From: an uncultured Pelagibacteraceae bacterium
Lineage (GTDB): Bacteria > Pseudomonadota > Alphaproteobacteria > Pelagibacterales > Pelagibacteraceae
Assembly (NCBI GenBank): GCA_902592375.1
Contig: CACJEG010000003.1
Location: 21,327 to 85,326 of the forward strand
Direction of reading: 5' to 3'
Length of the DNA: 64,000 nucleotides
A program made the translations under genes and the position numbers. The notes under the pieces are model-generated. The model was not told the DNA's origin, searched no databases, and was given only the letters and a program-made list of their open reading frames with translations. Shown here piece after piece: positions 35,632 through 44,412 of this stretch (positions are counted from its first letter, which is position 1; every line of letters starts with the position of its first letter).

Positions 35632-36191
35632 TGAAGATAATTGCAGGGGTTGATGAAGTTGGTAGAGGAAGTTTAATTGGACCTGTGTATGCTTCAGCAG
35701 TAATTTTAAAAAAATCAATTAATCAAAAGTTATTAAAAGATTCAAAATCATTAAGTAAAAAAGAGAGAGAGCATCTATGTACATATATAAAAAAAAATTC
35801 TACTTGGTCTATAGGCAAAGCTTCTGTCAAAGAAATAGAAAAGCTGAATATACTTCAAGCAAGTTTACTGGCTATGAAAAGAGCCATCAAAAAACTTAAG
35901 AGAAAACCAACACACGTTCTGATAGATGGAAACAAAACTCCAGAGTTAAAAAATTATAATTTAAAATCAGTTATTAAAGGAGATAAAAAAATCCCCTCTA
36001 TTTCAGCAGCTTCTATAATTGCAAAAGTATCAAGAGATAAGTTTATAACCACTTTATCAAAAAAAAATAAAGGCTATGATTGGGATAAAAACTTTGGGTA
36101 CGGAACAAAACAGCACTTAAAAGCTTTGAAAAAGTTGGGTATTACTAAACATCATAGAAAAACTTTTTCACCTATATCTAAAATAAATTAA
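35631..36191 (+). CDS. rnhB: Ribonuclease HII
   Basis: GVDEVGRGSLIGPV catalytic motif, IDGN, ASIIAKVSRD. There is a 1-nt overlap with the upstream UDG-like gene. Confidence 0.92.
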   Translation: MKIIAGVDEVGRGSLIGPVYASAVILKKSINQKLLKDSKSLSKKEREHLCTYIKKNSTWSIGKASVKEIEKLNILQASLLAMKRAIKKLKRKPTHVLIDGNKTPELKNYNLKSVIKGDKKIPSISAASIIAKVSRDKFITTLSKKNKGYDWDKNFGYGTKQHLKALKKLGITKHHRKTFSPISKIN

Positions 36192-36230
36192 CACTACATC
36201 TAGTTACCTCCTAATTTAGAAACACTAATC

Positions 36231-36279
36231 GAATCCAAATTTTTCAATCTCAGGTTGACCGAAGAATCCATTTGGAGTC
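36231..36279 (+). promoter_or_regulatory. Cluster of three GANTC (CcrM target) sites in the ccrM upstream region, with a possible sigma-70-like -35 (TTGACC, 36255..36260)
   Basis: GAATC at 36231..36235, GAATC at 36264..36268 and GAGTC at 36275..36279. All lie within 66 nt of the ccrM ATG at 36296. The promoter assignment is inferred. Confidence 0.5.
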
Positions 36280-36295
36280 TAATTAATTTTTACAA

Positions 36296-37366
36296 ATGAA
36301 AACTGATTTCAAAAATAAAATAATTAATGGAGATAGTCTCGAAGAATTAAAAAAAATTCCACGTGAAACTTTTGATTTAATTTTTGCTGACCCTCCTTAC
36401 AACTTACAATTAAAAAGTGAATTAACTAGACCCGATAGATCAAAGGTTAGTGCGGTAAATGATAAGTGGGATCAATTTGAAAATTTTAAAAAATATGATG
36501 ATTTTACTTATGAATGGCTTAGTGAATGCAAAAGAATTTTAAAAAAAGATGGAGCAATTTGGGTTATAGGAAGCTACCATAATATTTTTAGAGTTGGCAC
36601 AGCAATCCAAAATTTAGGTTTCTGGATTTTAAATGATGTTATTTGGAATAAAAATAATCCAATGCCAAATTTTAGAGGAACACGTTTTACTAACGCTCAT
36701 GAAACTTTAATATGGGCATCTAAAAGTGAGAAATCAAAATATACATTTAATTATCAATCTTTAAAATGTTTAAATGATGATTTGCAAATGAGATCTAATT
36801 GGGATCTTCCAATATGCAATGGATCTGAAAGACTTAAAAAGGATGGAAAAAAAATTCACTCCACACAAAAACCAGAAGCACTTTTACATAGAATTTTACT
36901 AGCTACATCTAATAAAAATGACCTCATACTTGATCCTTTTTTAGGATCAGGAACAACAGCTACAGTAGCAAAAAAACTAGGAAGAAATTATTTTGGAATA
37001 GAAAAAGAAAAAAATTATTTTAAAGCTGCTGAGCAACGAATAAAAGTTACAAAGCCTATTGAGGACGACTTATTAGATACGCTAAAAAATAATAGATCAA
37101 AACCAAGAATTCCTTTTGGTTCATTAGTTGAGCTTGGAATAATTAAACCTGGAACTAATATTTTTGATAATAAGAAAAAAATAACAGCCAGAATTATGGC
37201 CGATGGTAGTATAAAACATAATCAAGCAGAGGGTTCTATACACAAAGTTGCGGCTACTATTTTAGGAGCTGAAAGTTGCAACGGATGGACTTTTTGGCAC
37301 TGTGATATAAATGGACGAACTTATCCTATTGATTATCTTAGACAAAGATTAATTTCTAAAAATTAA
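36296..37366 (+). CDS. ccrM: Cell-cycle-type N6-adenine DNA methyltransferase (GANTC-specific CcrM family)
   Basis: Beta-class MTase order with DPPY (IFADPPYN) before FxGxG (DPFLGSGTT). The conserved CcrM C-terminal extension is present (RIPFGSLVELGIIKPG...). 356 aa. Confidence 0.92.
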   Translation: MKTDFKNKIINGDSLEELKKIPRETFDLIFADPPYNLQLKSELTRPDRSKVSAVNDKWDQFENFKKYDDFTYEWLSECKRILKKDGAIWVIGSYHNIFRVGTAIQNLGFWILNDVIWNKNNPMPNFRGTRFTNAHETLIWASKSEKSKYTFNYQSLKCLNDDLQMRSNWDLPICNGSERLKKDGKKIHSTQKPEALLHRILLATSNKNDLILDPFLGSGTTATVAKKLGRNYFGIEKEKNYFKAAEQRIKVTKPIEDDLLDTLKNNRSKPRIPFGSLVELGIIKPGTNIFDNKKKITARIMADGSIKHNQAEGSIHKVAATILGAESCNGWTFWHCDINGRTYPIDYLRQRLISKN

Positions 37367-38505
37367 CTTTTATAAATTTTACCCAAATAACTTTCTAAAA
37401 ATTTTTTATTTTTAGTTAAAAGTTTTAAAAAAATATTTCTAAATATGATCATAATTGGATTTGATAAATGGAAGGCAAATTGATTGAAATTAGATCTACT
37501 GTTAATCATTTTTACTCTCTTTAATCTGATATCATAAAAATTATTATTATTTATTAAACATTCATATAATTCATTAGCCCCCTCAATTGATTGGGAAGCT
37601 CCCTGTGCAAATGAAGGTGAAAAAGCAAAAAATGCGTCTCCTACAAGGAATATGTTTTTTGGAGGATTATATAAATTTTTACTTACAAATATTGGAAATA
37701 ATTTAATATTTTGAAGACTTTTCAAAAAACTTTGAGAAACTTTTTTAGATAATTTAAATTTAATATTTTTTATAAAAGAACTCTCGGTAAAAAGATTATA
37801 GTTCTCTTGCTCATTTGAATTTAATTTATGTTTTAAAATGCCAATAAAATTTAAATTTTTATCATTATTAATTGGATAAACAACATAATGAAAATTTGGT
37901 CCTAAAAACAAAGAAATATTTTCTTCATTTATATTTTGTAGATTTTCTCTCGATATACTTCCCCTAATAGCAATCGTATCATTGTAAATTGGTTTTGATT
38001 TATTGTTTGAGATTAATAACTTCCCCTTAGAAAACACACCGTCTGAAATAATTAAGTAATCGCAACTAATTTTATTTTTATCAAATATTAATTTTATTGA
38101 ATCTTTATCATAATCAATCTGTTCAATACTGTGATTATATTTAATTATATTCTCGTTTATTTGTTCTTTTAAAAATTGAAGTAATTTTGCTCTTTTCAAT
38201 GTTGTGTATTTACAATCTTCAGAATTAAATTTTGAAATATCTAAGTCACAAATTTTTTTTGAATTTTTAATTTCATAAAAATCAATTTTTTTTGGATTAA
38301 ATTTTTCATCTTCAGTGAAAGAAGTGAAGCCTATTTTATTTAAAAGCTTTACACTATTTACTGACAACTGAATTCCATAACCTTCTTCCATTTCTATTGA
38401 ATTCCTTTTTTCATAAATCGTGACCTGATAATCCTTGTGATCTTTGAATAAATTGGCAATATACAAACCAGAAATTCCAGCACCAATTATTGCAATTTTT
38501 TTCAT
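37363..38505 (-). CDS. FAD-dependent (class A flavoprotein) monooxygenase
   Basis: GAGISGL dinucleotide motif, DG motif (SDGVFS), and a degenerate GDAxH-type motif (VGDAFFAFSPSFAQGASQSIEGA). Confidence 0.7.
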   Translation of the reverse strand: MKKIAIIGAGISGLYIANLFKDHKDYQVTIYEKRNSIEMEEGYGIQLSVNSVKLLNKIGFTSFTEDEKFNPKKIDFYEIKNSKKICDLDISKFNSEDCKYTTLKRAKLLQFLKEQINENIIKYNHSIEQIDYDKDSIKLIFDKNKISCDYLIISDGVFSKGKLLISNNKSKPIYNDTIAIRGSISRENLQNINEENISLFLGPNFHYVVYPINNDKNLNFIGILKHKLNSNEQENYNLFTESSFIKNIKFKLSKKVSQSFLKSLQNIKLFPIFVSKNLYNPPKNIFLVGDAFFAFSPSFAQGASQSIEGANELYECLINNNNFYDIRLKRVKMINSRSNFNQFAFHLSNPIMIIFRNIFLKLLTKNKKFLESYLGKIYKS

Positions 38506-39488
38506 TTATGACTTTCTAAAAATTTAACTATCTTTTTTGTAAATGTTGGCAGTGTATAATTTTGAAGCTTTGTTGGATCAATCCAATAATTATTTTTATT
38601 TAAATTATATTTATTTTTAAATTCAATTTTAATATTCATGTTCATATTAGACATTTTAAAATTCAAATCTTTATCAAAATTTTTAGGATTATTTATTTCC
38701 TCCATCGGGAAGATATTAAAATTTTTCAAAAAATTAAATTTATTATTTTTGATTAATAAATAATGATTATTTTTTTTATAAACATTAAGCTTGTAAAAAG
38801 TTTCCTTATCTTTTTTTTTAAATTTTACTAAATCAAAATTTTTATTTTTAAATGATTTGCATTTTTTTACTAATGGACAATTCTTACAATTAGGACTAAC
38901 AGGTTTACAAATTAGTGCTCCTAATTCCATCAAAGCTTGAGCATAATCACTAGACCTTTTGATAGATGTTCCAAAAATTTTTTTCTTCTCGTGTAAATTT
39001 TCTTTTTTTATTTGATCTTGTTTTTTTAAAAATAAGTATCTCTTTAGTACTCTTTCAATATTGCCATCTAGAGGAATTATTGGTTCATTGAATGCAATTG
39101 CAGAAATTGCACTTGCTGTATAATCTCCAATTCCTGGAAGAGACTTTAAATCCAAAAAATTTCTAGGTATTTTTTTATTAAAATTTTTAACAACTATTTG
39201 AGCTGTTTTTTTTAAATTTCTTACTCTTGAATAGTATCCAAGACCCTCCCAAAGTTTAATTAATTTTCTATCATCATATTTAGATAATTTTTCTATCGTG
39301 GGAATATTTTTTATAAACCTGTTAAAGTAAGGTATTACCGTTGCAACCTGGGTTTGCTGCAACATAAATTCACTTATTAAAGTATAGTATTGCTTTTTTG
39401 TTTGAGAAACATTCTTTCTCCAAGGTAAAGATCTTTTATTTAAATCATACCAATTAAGAATATTATTTGTTATTATTGGATCTTTCAT
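38502..39488 (-). CDS. mutY: A/G-specific adenine DNA glycosylase
   Basis: HhH-GPD core (LPGIGDYTASAI), an Fe-S loop CKPVSPNCKNCPLVKKC (Cx6Cx2Cx5C) and a NUDIX-like C-domain. I prefer the start at 39488 (MKDPII..). Confidence 0.9.
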   Translation of the reverse strand: MKDPIITNNILNWYDLNKRSLPWRKNVSQTKKQYYTLISEFMLQQTQVATVIPYFNRFIKNIPTIEKLSKYDDRKLIKLWEGLGYYSRVRNLKKTAQIVVKNFNKKIPRNFLDLKSLPGIGDYTASAISAIAFNEPIIPLDGNIERVLKRYLFLKKQDQIKKENLHEKKKIFGTSIKRSSDYAQALMELGALICKPVSPNCKNCPLVKKCKSFKNKNFDLVKFKKKDKETFYKLNVYKKNNHYLLIKNNKFNFLKNFNIFPMEEINNPKNFDKDLNFKMSNMNMNIKIEFKNKYNLNKNNYWIDPTKLQNYTLPTFTKKIVKFLESHK

Positions 39489-39977
39489 ATGCAATCTAAA
39501 AATAATACTAAGCAGAGAAACGCTAGCATTCAAGGATTAAGATCTTTCAAAGACACTTTGCCAAAAAATGTCAAAAAAATAATAAATAAAAAAGGTCATG
39601 TATATTCAGAAACGCTGAGCAATTGGAAATATTTAGTTGGAAGCGAATTATTTAAAATTTGCTATCCAAAAACATTTAAAAATTCAAATAAATTTGGTGT
39701 TAGCACCTTAGTGGTTATGGTCAAGCGAGGGCATGAAGTTGACGTAGAATATTCGAAAAAAGATATTTTGGATAAAATGAATAATTTTTTTGGATATTCT
39801 GTTGTTGAAAAGCTTAAATTTATAAGTTTTGATGATGAACATGAAATGACGGGCTCGAGCGAAACAAAAGTTAAAAATGTGGCAATTAGTAAATATCAAG
39901 ATAAGATTAAAGGTGTTAAAAACGAAAAGATTAAAAAATCATTAACAGAGTTAACCAGGGTTTTTAGAGAGAAATGA
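39489..39977 (+). CDS. DUF721-domain protein (DciA-like, possible replicative-helicase operator)
   Basis: Size and pattern fit DUF721 (WKYLVGSELFKICYPKTF...STLVVMV...). The mutY / DUF721 / dsbA / smc neighbourhood is typical of alphaproteobacteria, as far as I recall. Confidence 0.5.
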   Translation: MQSKNNTKQRNASIQGLRSFKDTLPKNVKKIINKKGHVYSETLSNWKYLVGSELFKICYPKTFKNSNKFGVSTLVVMVKRGHEVDVEYSKKDILDKMNNFFGYSVVEKLKFISFDDEHEMTGSSETKVKNVAISKYQDKIKGVKNEKIKKSLTELTRVFREK

Positions 39978-40552
39978 AAAAAATTATATTCTTAATTTTA
40001 ATATTTTTTACTACAGTCTTAAATGTACAAGCTGAGGAAATTAAAAGGATAAGTGTTGGGAACAAAGATGCAAAAATAACTATTATAGCTTTTGAATCGT
40101 TAACTTGTAGTCATTGTGCAAATTTTCATAAAAATGTTTATCCTCAATTAAAAGAAGAGTATCTTGATACCGGACTCGCTAAAATAGAATTTAGACATTT
40201 TCCATTAGACATAGCGGCCTTTAATGCATCTAAAGTTTCTCAGTGTAAGAATGATGGAAATTCAGATATCCTTGAAAGTTTATATGCTAATCAACAAAAA
40301 TGGGTAAAGGGAAGTTCAATACAGGAGGCAAATAAAAATCTACAAAAATTTTTAAAAAGTGAGGGATTTAGTATTGATTTTGATACTTGTATAAATAATA
40401 AGGAAATTGAAGATTTTGTATTAAACGATCGAATCGATGGAGCAAAGAACTTCAAAGTGAACGCAACTCCTACGATTATTATTAACAACGAAAAATTTGA
40501 AAAAACTCTAAATTATAAAAATTTAAAAAAAGCTCTAGAAAAACTGATATAA
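39974..40552 (+). CDS. DsbA-family thiol:disulfide oxidoreductase
   Basis: Signal peptide, CSHC active site, thioredoxin-fold length (192 aa). Confidence 0.8.
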   Translation: MKKIIFLILIFFTTVLNVQAEEIKRISVGNKDAKITIIAFESLTCSHCANFHKNVYPQLKEEYLDTGLAKIEFRHFPLDIAAFNASKVSQCKNDGNSDILESLYANQQKWVKGSSIQEANKNLQKFLKSEGFSIDFDTCINNKEIEDFVLNDRIDGAKNFKVNATPTIIINNEKFEKTLNYKNLKKALEKLI

Positions 40553-40560
40553 GTTAGTGC

Positions 40561-43134
40561 ATGGAGTTTAAAAAAATCCAATTAAACGGATTTAAATCTT
40601 TTGCTGAAAAAACCAACTTCTTAATTGAGGATGGTCTCACGGGTATAGTGGGTCCTAACGGCTGTGGAAAATCTAACATTGTAGAATCTTTAAGATGGGT
40701 AATGGGAGAGACCTCGGCAAAAAGTATGCGTGGATCTGGTATGGAAGATGTTATATTTTCAGGGACATCTAATAAAGCATCAAAAAATATTGCAGAAGTA
40801 TCAATCGAAGTTGAAAACAAAGATAAAGAAGGCCCTATCCAATACCGTGAATTAGAGCAAATACAAGTTAGAAGAAAAATAGAAAAAGATAAAGGATCTA
40901 AATTTTACATTAACGATAAAGAAGTAAGAGCAAGAGATGCGCAAATGTTTTTTGCAGATCTTTCGACTGGTGCGCACTCTCCATCTATGATTAGTCAAGG
41001 AAGAATAGGTGCATTGGTAACAGCGAAACCAACAGATAGAAGGGCTATTTTAGAAGAAGCTGCTGGAATATCTGGTTTACATGTTAGAAGACATGAGGCT
41101 GAATTAAGATTAGGTGCGGCTGAGAATAATCTAAAAAGAGCAGATGAACTAAGAAGACAGCAAGAAAAACAATTAGCAAATCTTCAAAAACAAGCAGAAG
41201 AGGCAACTAAATACAAACTAATTTCAGATCAAATTAAAAAAATTGAAGCAGGTTTATATTATTTAAAATTATTAGAAATAGATAAAGAAATTAGAATAGA
41301 AAATGAAATTAATACAGAGGCAGAAGGAGAAGTAGAAGGATTTAATAACAAAATATCTGAATTAGAAAATTCAATTAAAACTTTTACAGATAAAGTAAAT
41401 CCATTGAGAGAGAAAAATATAGAAAATTTATCTAGGATACAAAGACTTAATCTAGAACTTCAAAGTTTAGATGAGGAAAATACTAGAATTCAAGATGAGA
41501 TAGAAAGCATTAAAAAATCAATTCAAACACTTGATGATGATATCACGAGAGAAAAAGGGATTATTATAGATGCTAACTCAAATGAAAAAAGATTGAAGGA
41601 AGAAAAGACTGAATTAATTGAGACAGACTCGAAGTATTTTGAAACAGAAAAATTATCTAATGAAGAGTTAGAAAGTGCAAAAAATAAACTTAAAGAAGAA
41701 CAAAAAGCTGTTGATGAAGTTGTAAATAATTTAGCTGAAGAAACTGTCAATATAAGTGTTGGTCCAATAAGAAATATAAAAAATACAATATCAAGGGTAA
41801 AAGAATTAATAGATAGTAATGAAATAAATCAAGCAGTAACACTTCTAGATAGATGTAATATGGAGCTAGATAGTTTTTTAAATGATTTAAAAAATGAGAG
41901 ATCTAGAAGTGAGTTATTAGGAGTTAGCGAAAAATCAGAAAACATAAAATTACTCCAAGAAAAATATGCCGATGCATATAGTAAAAATCAATCAATTAAA
42001 AATGAGTCCATAAAAAGAAATGAGAGAATTAAAACCATTGAAACGGAAATTGAAAGTTGGAAAAATTTATTAACTAACTCAGAAAAAATGGTTAATGAAC
42101 TAACACAAAGAAAAGAAAAATTATCAAAACAATTAAGTGATTTAGAAAATCAACCTAGAGCACAGGCAGAGAGAAAAGGTCAAATTTCAGAAAATTTAAG
42201 AATTTCAGATAAAGAAAAAATTGATAATGAAGCGATTATAGATGAAACAGATCAAAAAATTGAAATGTTAAGAACGCAATTAAATGAAATTCAAGAACAA
42301 TCAATTCAAATCAGAGAAAGAAAAGCAAGCTCAGGAGCTACAATTGAAGGTCTGCAAAAAAGAAAAAATGATCTCCTTGATAGAATTAGTTCTGAGTTAA
42401 ATTTGAATGAAGATAATATTTTAGAAAATTCAAATTTAAACGGAGTAGAAGAGCTTCCAAATCCAGTTGATCAAGAAGATGCTTTAGACAAGAAAAAACA
42501 AGAAAGAGAAAAATTAGGATCTGTAAATTTAAAAGCAGATGAAGAAACAAGTAAATATGAAGAAGAGATAAAAAAAATGGAACAGGATCGTGCCGACCTT
42601 GTTACTGCTATTGTGAAACTGAAAGATAGCATCAATGAACTTAATCAAAAAGGAAGGGAAAGATTGATTGAAGCTTTTGAAAAAGTTAATAGAAAATTTA
42701 ATGAAGTTTATACAAAACTTTTCAATGGTGGAAATGCCAAACTAGAACTGGTGGACTCTGATGATCCACTTGAAGCAGGTTTAGAAATGTTAGTTAGTCC
42801 TCCGGGAAAAAGACTTCAATCTATAACTTTGTTATCTGGAGGTGAGCAAGCATTGACTGCTCTCTCATTAATCTTTGCGGTATTTTTAACAAACCCTTCG
42901 CCTATATGTGTATTGGATGAGGTTGATGCGCCGCTTGATGATGCTAACGTAACTAGATTTTGTAGTTTACTTGAGGAACTAATTAAAATCACCAACACCA
43001 AATTCATAATTGTAACTCATCATGCTTTAACCATGTCAAAAATGAACAGACTATATGGGGTGACGATGCCTCAAAAAGGAATTAGTCAGCTTGTGGCTGT
43101 TGATTTACAAAAAGCAGAGAGTATGGTTGCTTAA
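40561..43134 (+). CDS. smc: Chromosome partition protein SMC (unusually short; no recognisable hinge)
   Basis: N-terminal head with Walker A (GPNGCGKSN). The C-terminal head has the signature LSGGEQALTALSL, Walker B VLDEVDAPLDD and the D-loop. Long heptad-rich coiled-coil segments lie in between. 857 aa. Confidence 0.9.
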   Translation: MEFKKIQLNGFKSFAEKTNFLIEDGLTGIVGPNGCGKSNIVESLRWVMGETSAKSMRGSGMEDVIFSGTSNKASKNIAEVSIEVENKDKEGPIQYRELEQIQVRRKIEKDKGSKFYINDKEVRARDAQMFFADLSTGAHSPSMISQGRIGALVTAKPTDRRAILEEAAGISGLHVRRHEAELRLGAAENNLKRADELRRQQEKQLANLQKQAEEATKYKLISDQIKKIEAGLYYLKLLEIDKEIRIENEINTEAEGEVEGFNNKISELENSIKTFTDKVNPLREKNIENLSRIQRLNLELQSLDEENTRIQDEIESIKKSIQTLDDDITREKGIIIDANSNEKRLKEEKTELIETDSKYFETEKLSNEELESAKNKLKEEQKAVDEVVNNLAEETVNISVGPIRNIKNTISRVKELIDSNEINQAVTLLDRCNMELDSFLNDLKNERSRSELLGVSEKSENIKLLQEKYADAYSKNQSIKNESIKRNERIKTIETEIESWKNLLTNSEKMVNELTQRKEKLSKQLSDLENQPRAQAERKGQISENLRISDKEKIDNEAIIDETDQKIEMLRTQLNEIQEQSIQIRERKASSGATIEGLQKRKNDLLDRISSELNLNEDNILENSNLNGVEELPNPVDQEDALDKKKQEREKLGSVNLKADEETSKYEEEIKKMEQDRADLVTAIVKLKDSINELNQKGRERLIEAFEKVNRKFNEVYTKLFNGGNAKLELVDSDDPLEAGLEMLVSPPGKRLQSITLLSGGEQALTALSLIFAVFLTNPSPICVLDEVDAPLDDANVTRFCSLLEELIKITNTKFIIVTHHALTMSKMNRLYGVTMPQKGISQLVAVDLQKAESMVA

Positions 43135-43143
43135 ACTATATAA

Positions 43144-43419
43144 ATGCCAAAAGACCCTTTCAAAACTCGCTTAGAGATTGCAAAAAGCAAGATTTCAAAG
43201 AAAAATCTCTACAATAAGAAGAATGACCCCTCACCTATAGGAACTGCATTCAAATTGAGCACAGAACTTGTTTCTGCAGTGGCTGTGGGGACAATTATTG
43301 GGTTTATTTTTGACAAGACCTTTGGTACTAAACCCTGGTTTATATTAATATTTTTTTTTGTTGGTGTAGTTGCTGGAATAACCAATGTGATTAGATCTGC
43401 AAAAAAAATGCAAAAATAA
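43144..43419 (+). CDS. ATP synthase protein I-like small membrane protein (AtpI/AtpZ family)
   Basis: 91 aa with two predicted TM helices, immediately upstream of atpB. Confidence 0.6.
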   Translation: MPKDPFKTRLEIAKSKISKKNLYNKKNDPSPIGTAFKLSTELVSAVAVGTIIGFIFDKTFGTKPWFILIFFFVGVVAGITNVIRSAKKMQK

Positions 43420-43428
43420 ATAAGTATT

Positions 43429-44163
43429 ATGGCAGCAAATCCTATGTCCCAATTCGACGTTTATAGAATTGGACCAGAAATTAAAGTTGGAGCATTCGAC
43501 ATATCTTTTACGAACGCAAGTTTGTTTATGATTTTAAGTACTGTATCTATTTTATTAATCTTTAATTTAGGATCAAAAAAAAATTCAATACTACCAAACA
43601 AAATTCAATTATTATCAGAACTTAGCTATACCTTTGTATCCAAAATGATTAGCGATACAGCTGGATCAAAAGCTAAACCATACTTTGCATTTATATTTTC
43701 TCTATTCATGTTTGTTTTATTTTGTAACATGTTTGGAATGATACCTTATACTTTCACTGTAACCAGTCATATCATTGTAACATTTGTGCTCGCAGCATTT
43801 ATATTTATTGGAGTGACTGTAATTGGGTTTATTAAACATGGATTTGGGTATTTAAAATTATTTGTTCCAAGTGGAGTTCCTGCAGTATTACTCCCTTTAA
43901 TTGTTGTAATAGAAATTATTTCTTATTTAAGTAGACCTATAAGTTTATCAGTTAGATTATTTGCCAATATGATGGCTGGTCACACAATGATGAAAGTTTT
44001 CGGAGGCTTTGTAATTAGCCTTGGAATAGTTGGTGGATGGCTTCCACTAAGTTTTTCGGTTGCGTTAACTGGTTTGGAGATCTTAGTTGCTTTTCTTCAA
44101 GCTTATGTTTTTGCAATCTTAACCTGCATCTATTTAAATGATGCATTAAATTTACACCATTAA
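43429..44163 (+). CDS. atpB: F0F1 ATP synthase subunit a
   Basis: Conserved SLSVRLFANMMAGH motif containing the essential Arg. Multi-TM, 244 aa. Confidence 0.95.
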   Translation: MAANPMSQFDVYRIGPEIKVGAFDISFTNASLFMILSTVSILLIFNLGSKKNSILPNKIQLLSELSYTFVSKMISDTAGSKAKPYFAFIFSLFMFVLFCNMFGMIPYTFTVTSHIIVTFVLAAFIFIGVTVIGFIKHGFGYLKLFVPSGVPAVLLPLIVVIEIISYLSRPISLSVRLFANMMAGHTMMKVFGGFVISLGIVGGWLPLSFSVALTGLEILVAFLQAYVFAILTCIYLNDALNLHH

Positions 44164-44167
44164 TAAC

Positions 44168-44176
44168 AGAGGAGGA
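44168..44176 (+). promoter_or_regulatory. Strong Shine-Dalgarno sequence for atpE
   Basis: AGAGGAGGA ends 5 nt before the atpE ATG at 44181. In the start regions I inspected by eye, most genes have no comparable purine-rich SD. Confidence 0.5.
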
Positions 44177-44180
44177 TATA

Positions 44181-44408
44181 ATGGAATTAGAAGCAGCAAA
44201 AATGATCGGGGCAGGTTTAGCAGCAATTGCTTTAGCTGGAGCCGGTGTTGGTATCGGAATAATTTTTGGAAATTATTTGTCTGGTGCAATGAGAAATCCG
44301 TCTGCAGCACAAAAACAATTTCCTAACTTGCTTTTAGGTTTTGCACTTGCAGAAGCAACAGGATTATTCGGATTGGTAGTTGCGTTAATCATTCTCTTTG
44401 CGTTTTAA
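44181..44408 (+). CDS. atpE: F0F1 ATP synthase subunit c
   Basis: 75-aa hairpin proteolipid with a glycine-rich helix 1 and the proton-binding Glu in LGFALAEATGLFGL. Confidence 0.95.
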   Translation: MELEAAKMIGAGLAAIALAGAGVGIGIIFGNYLSGAMRNPSAAQKQFPNLLLGFALAEATGLFGLVVALIILFAF

Positions 44409-44412
44409 ATTG

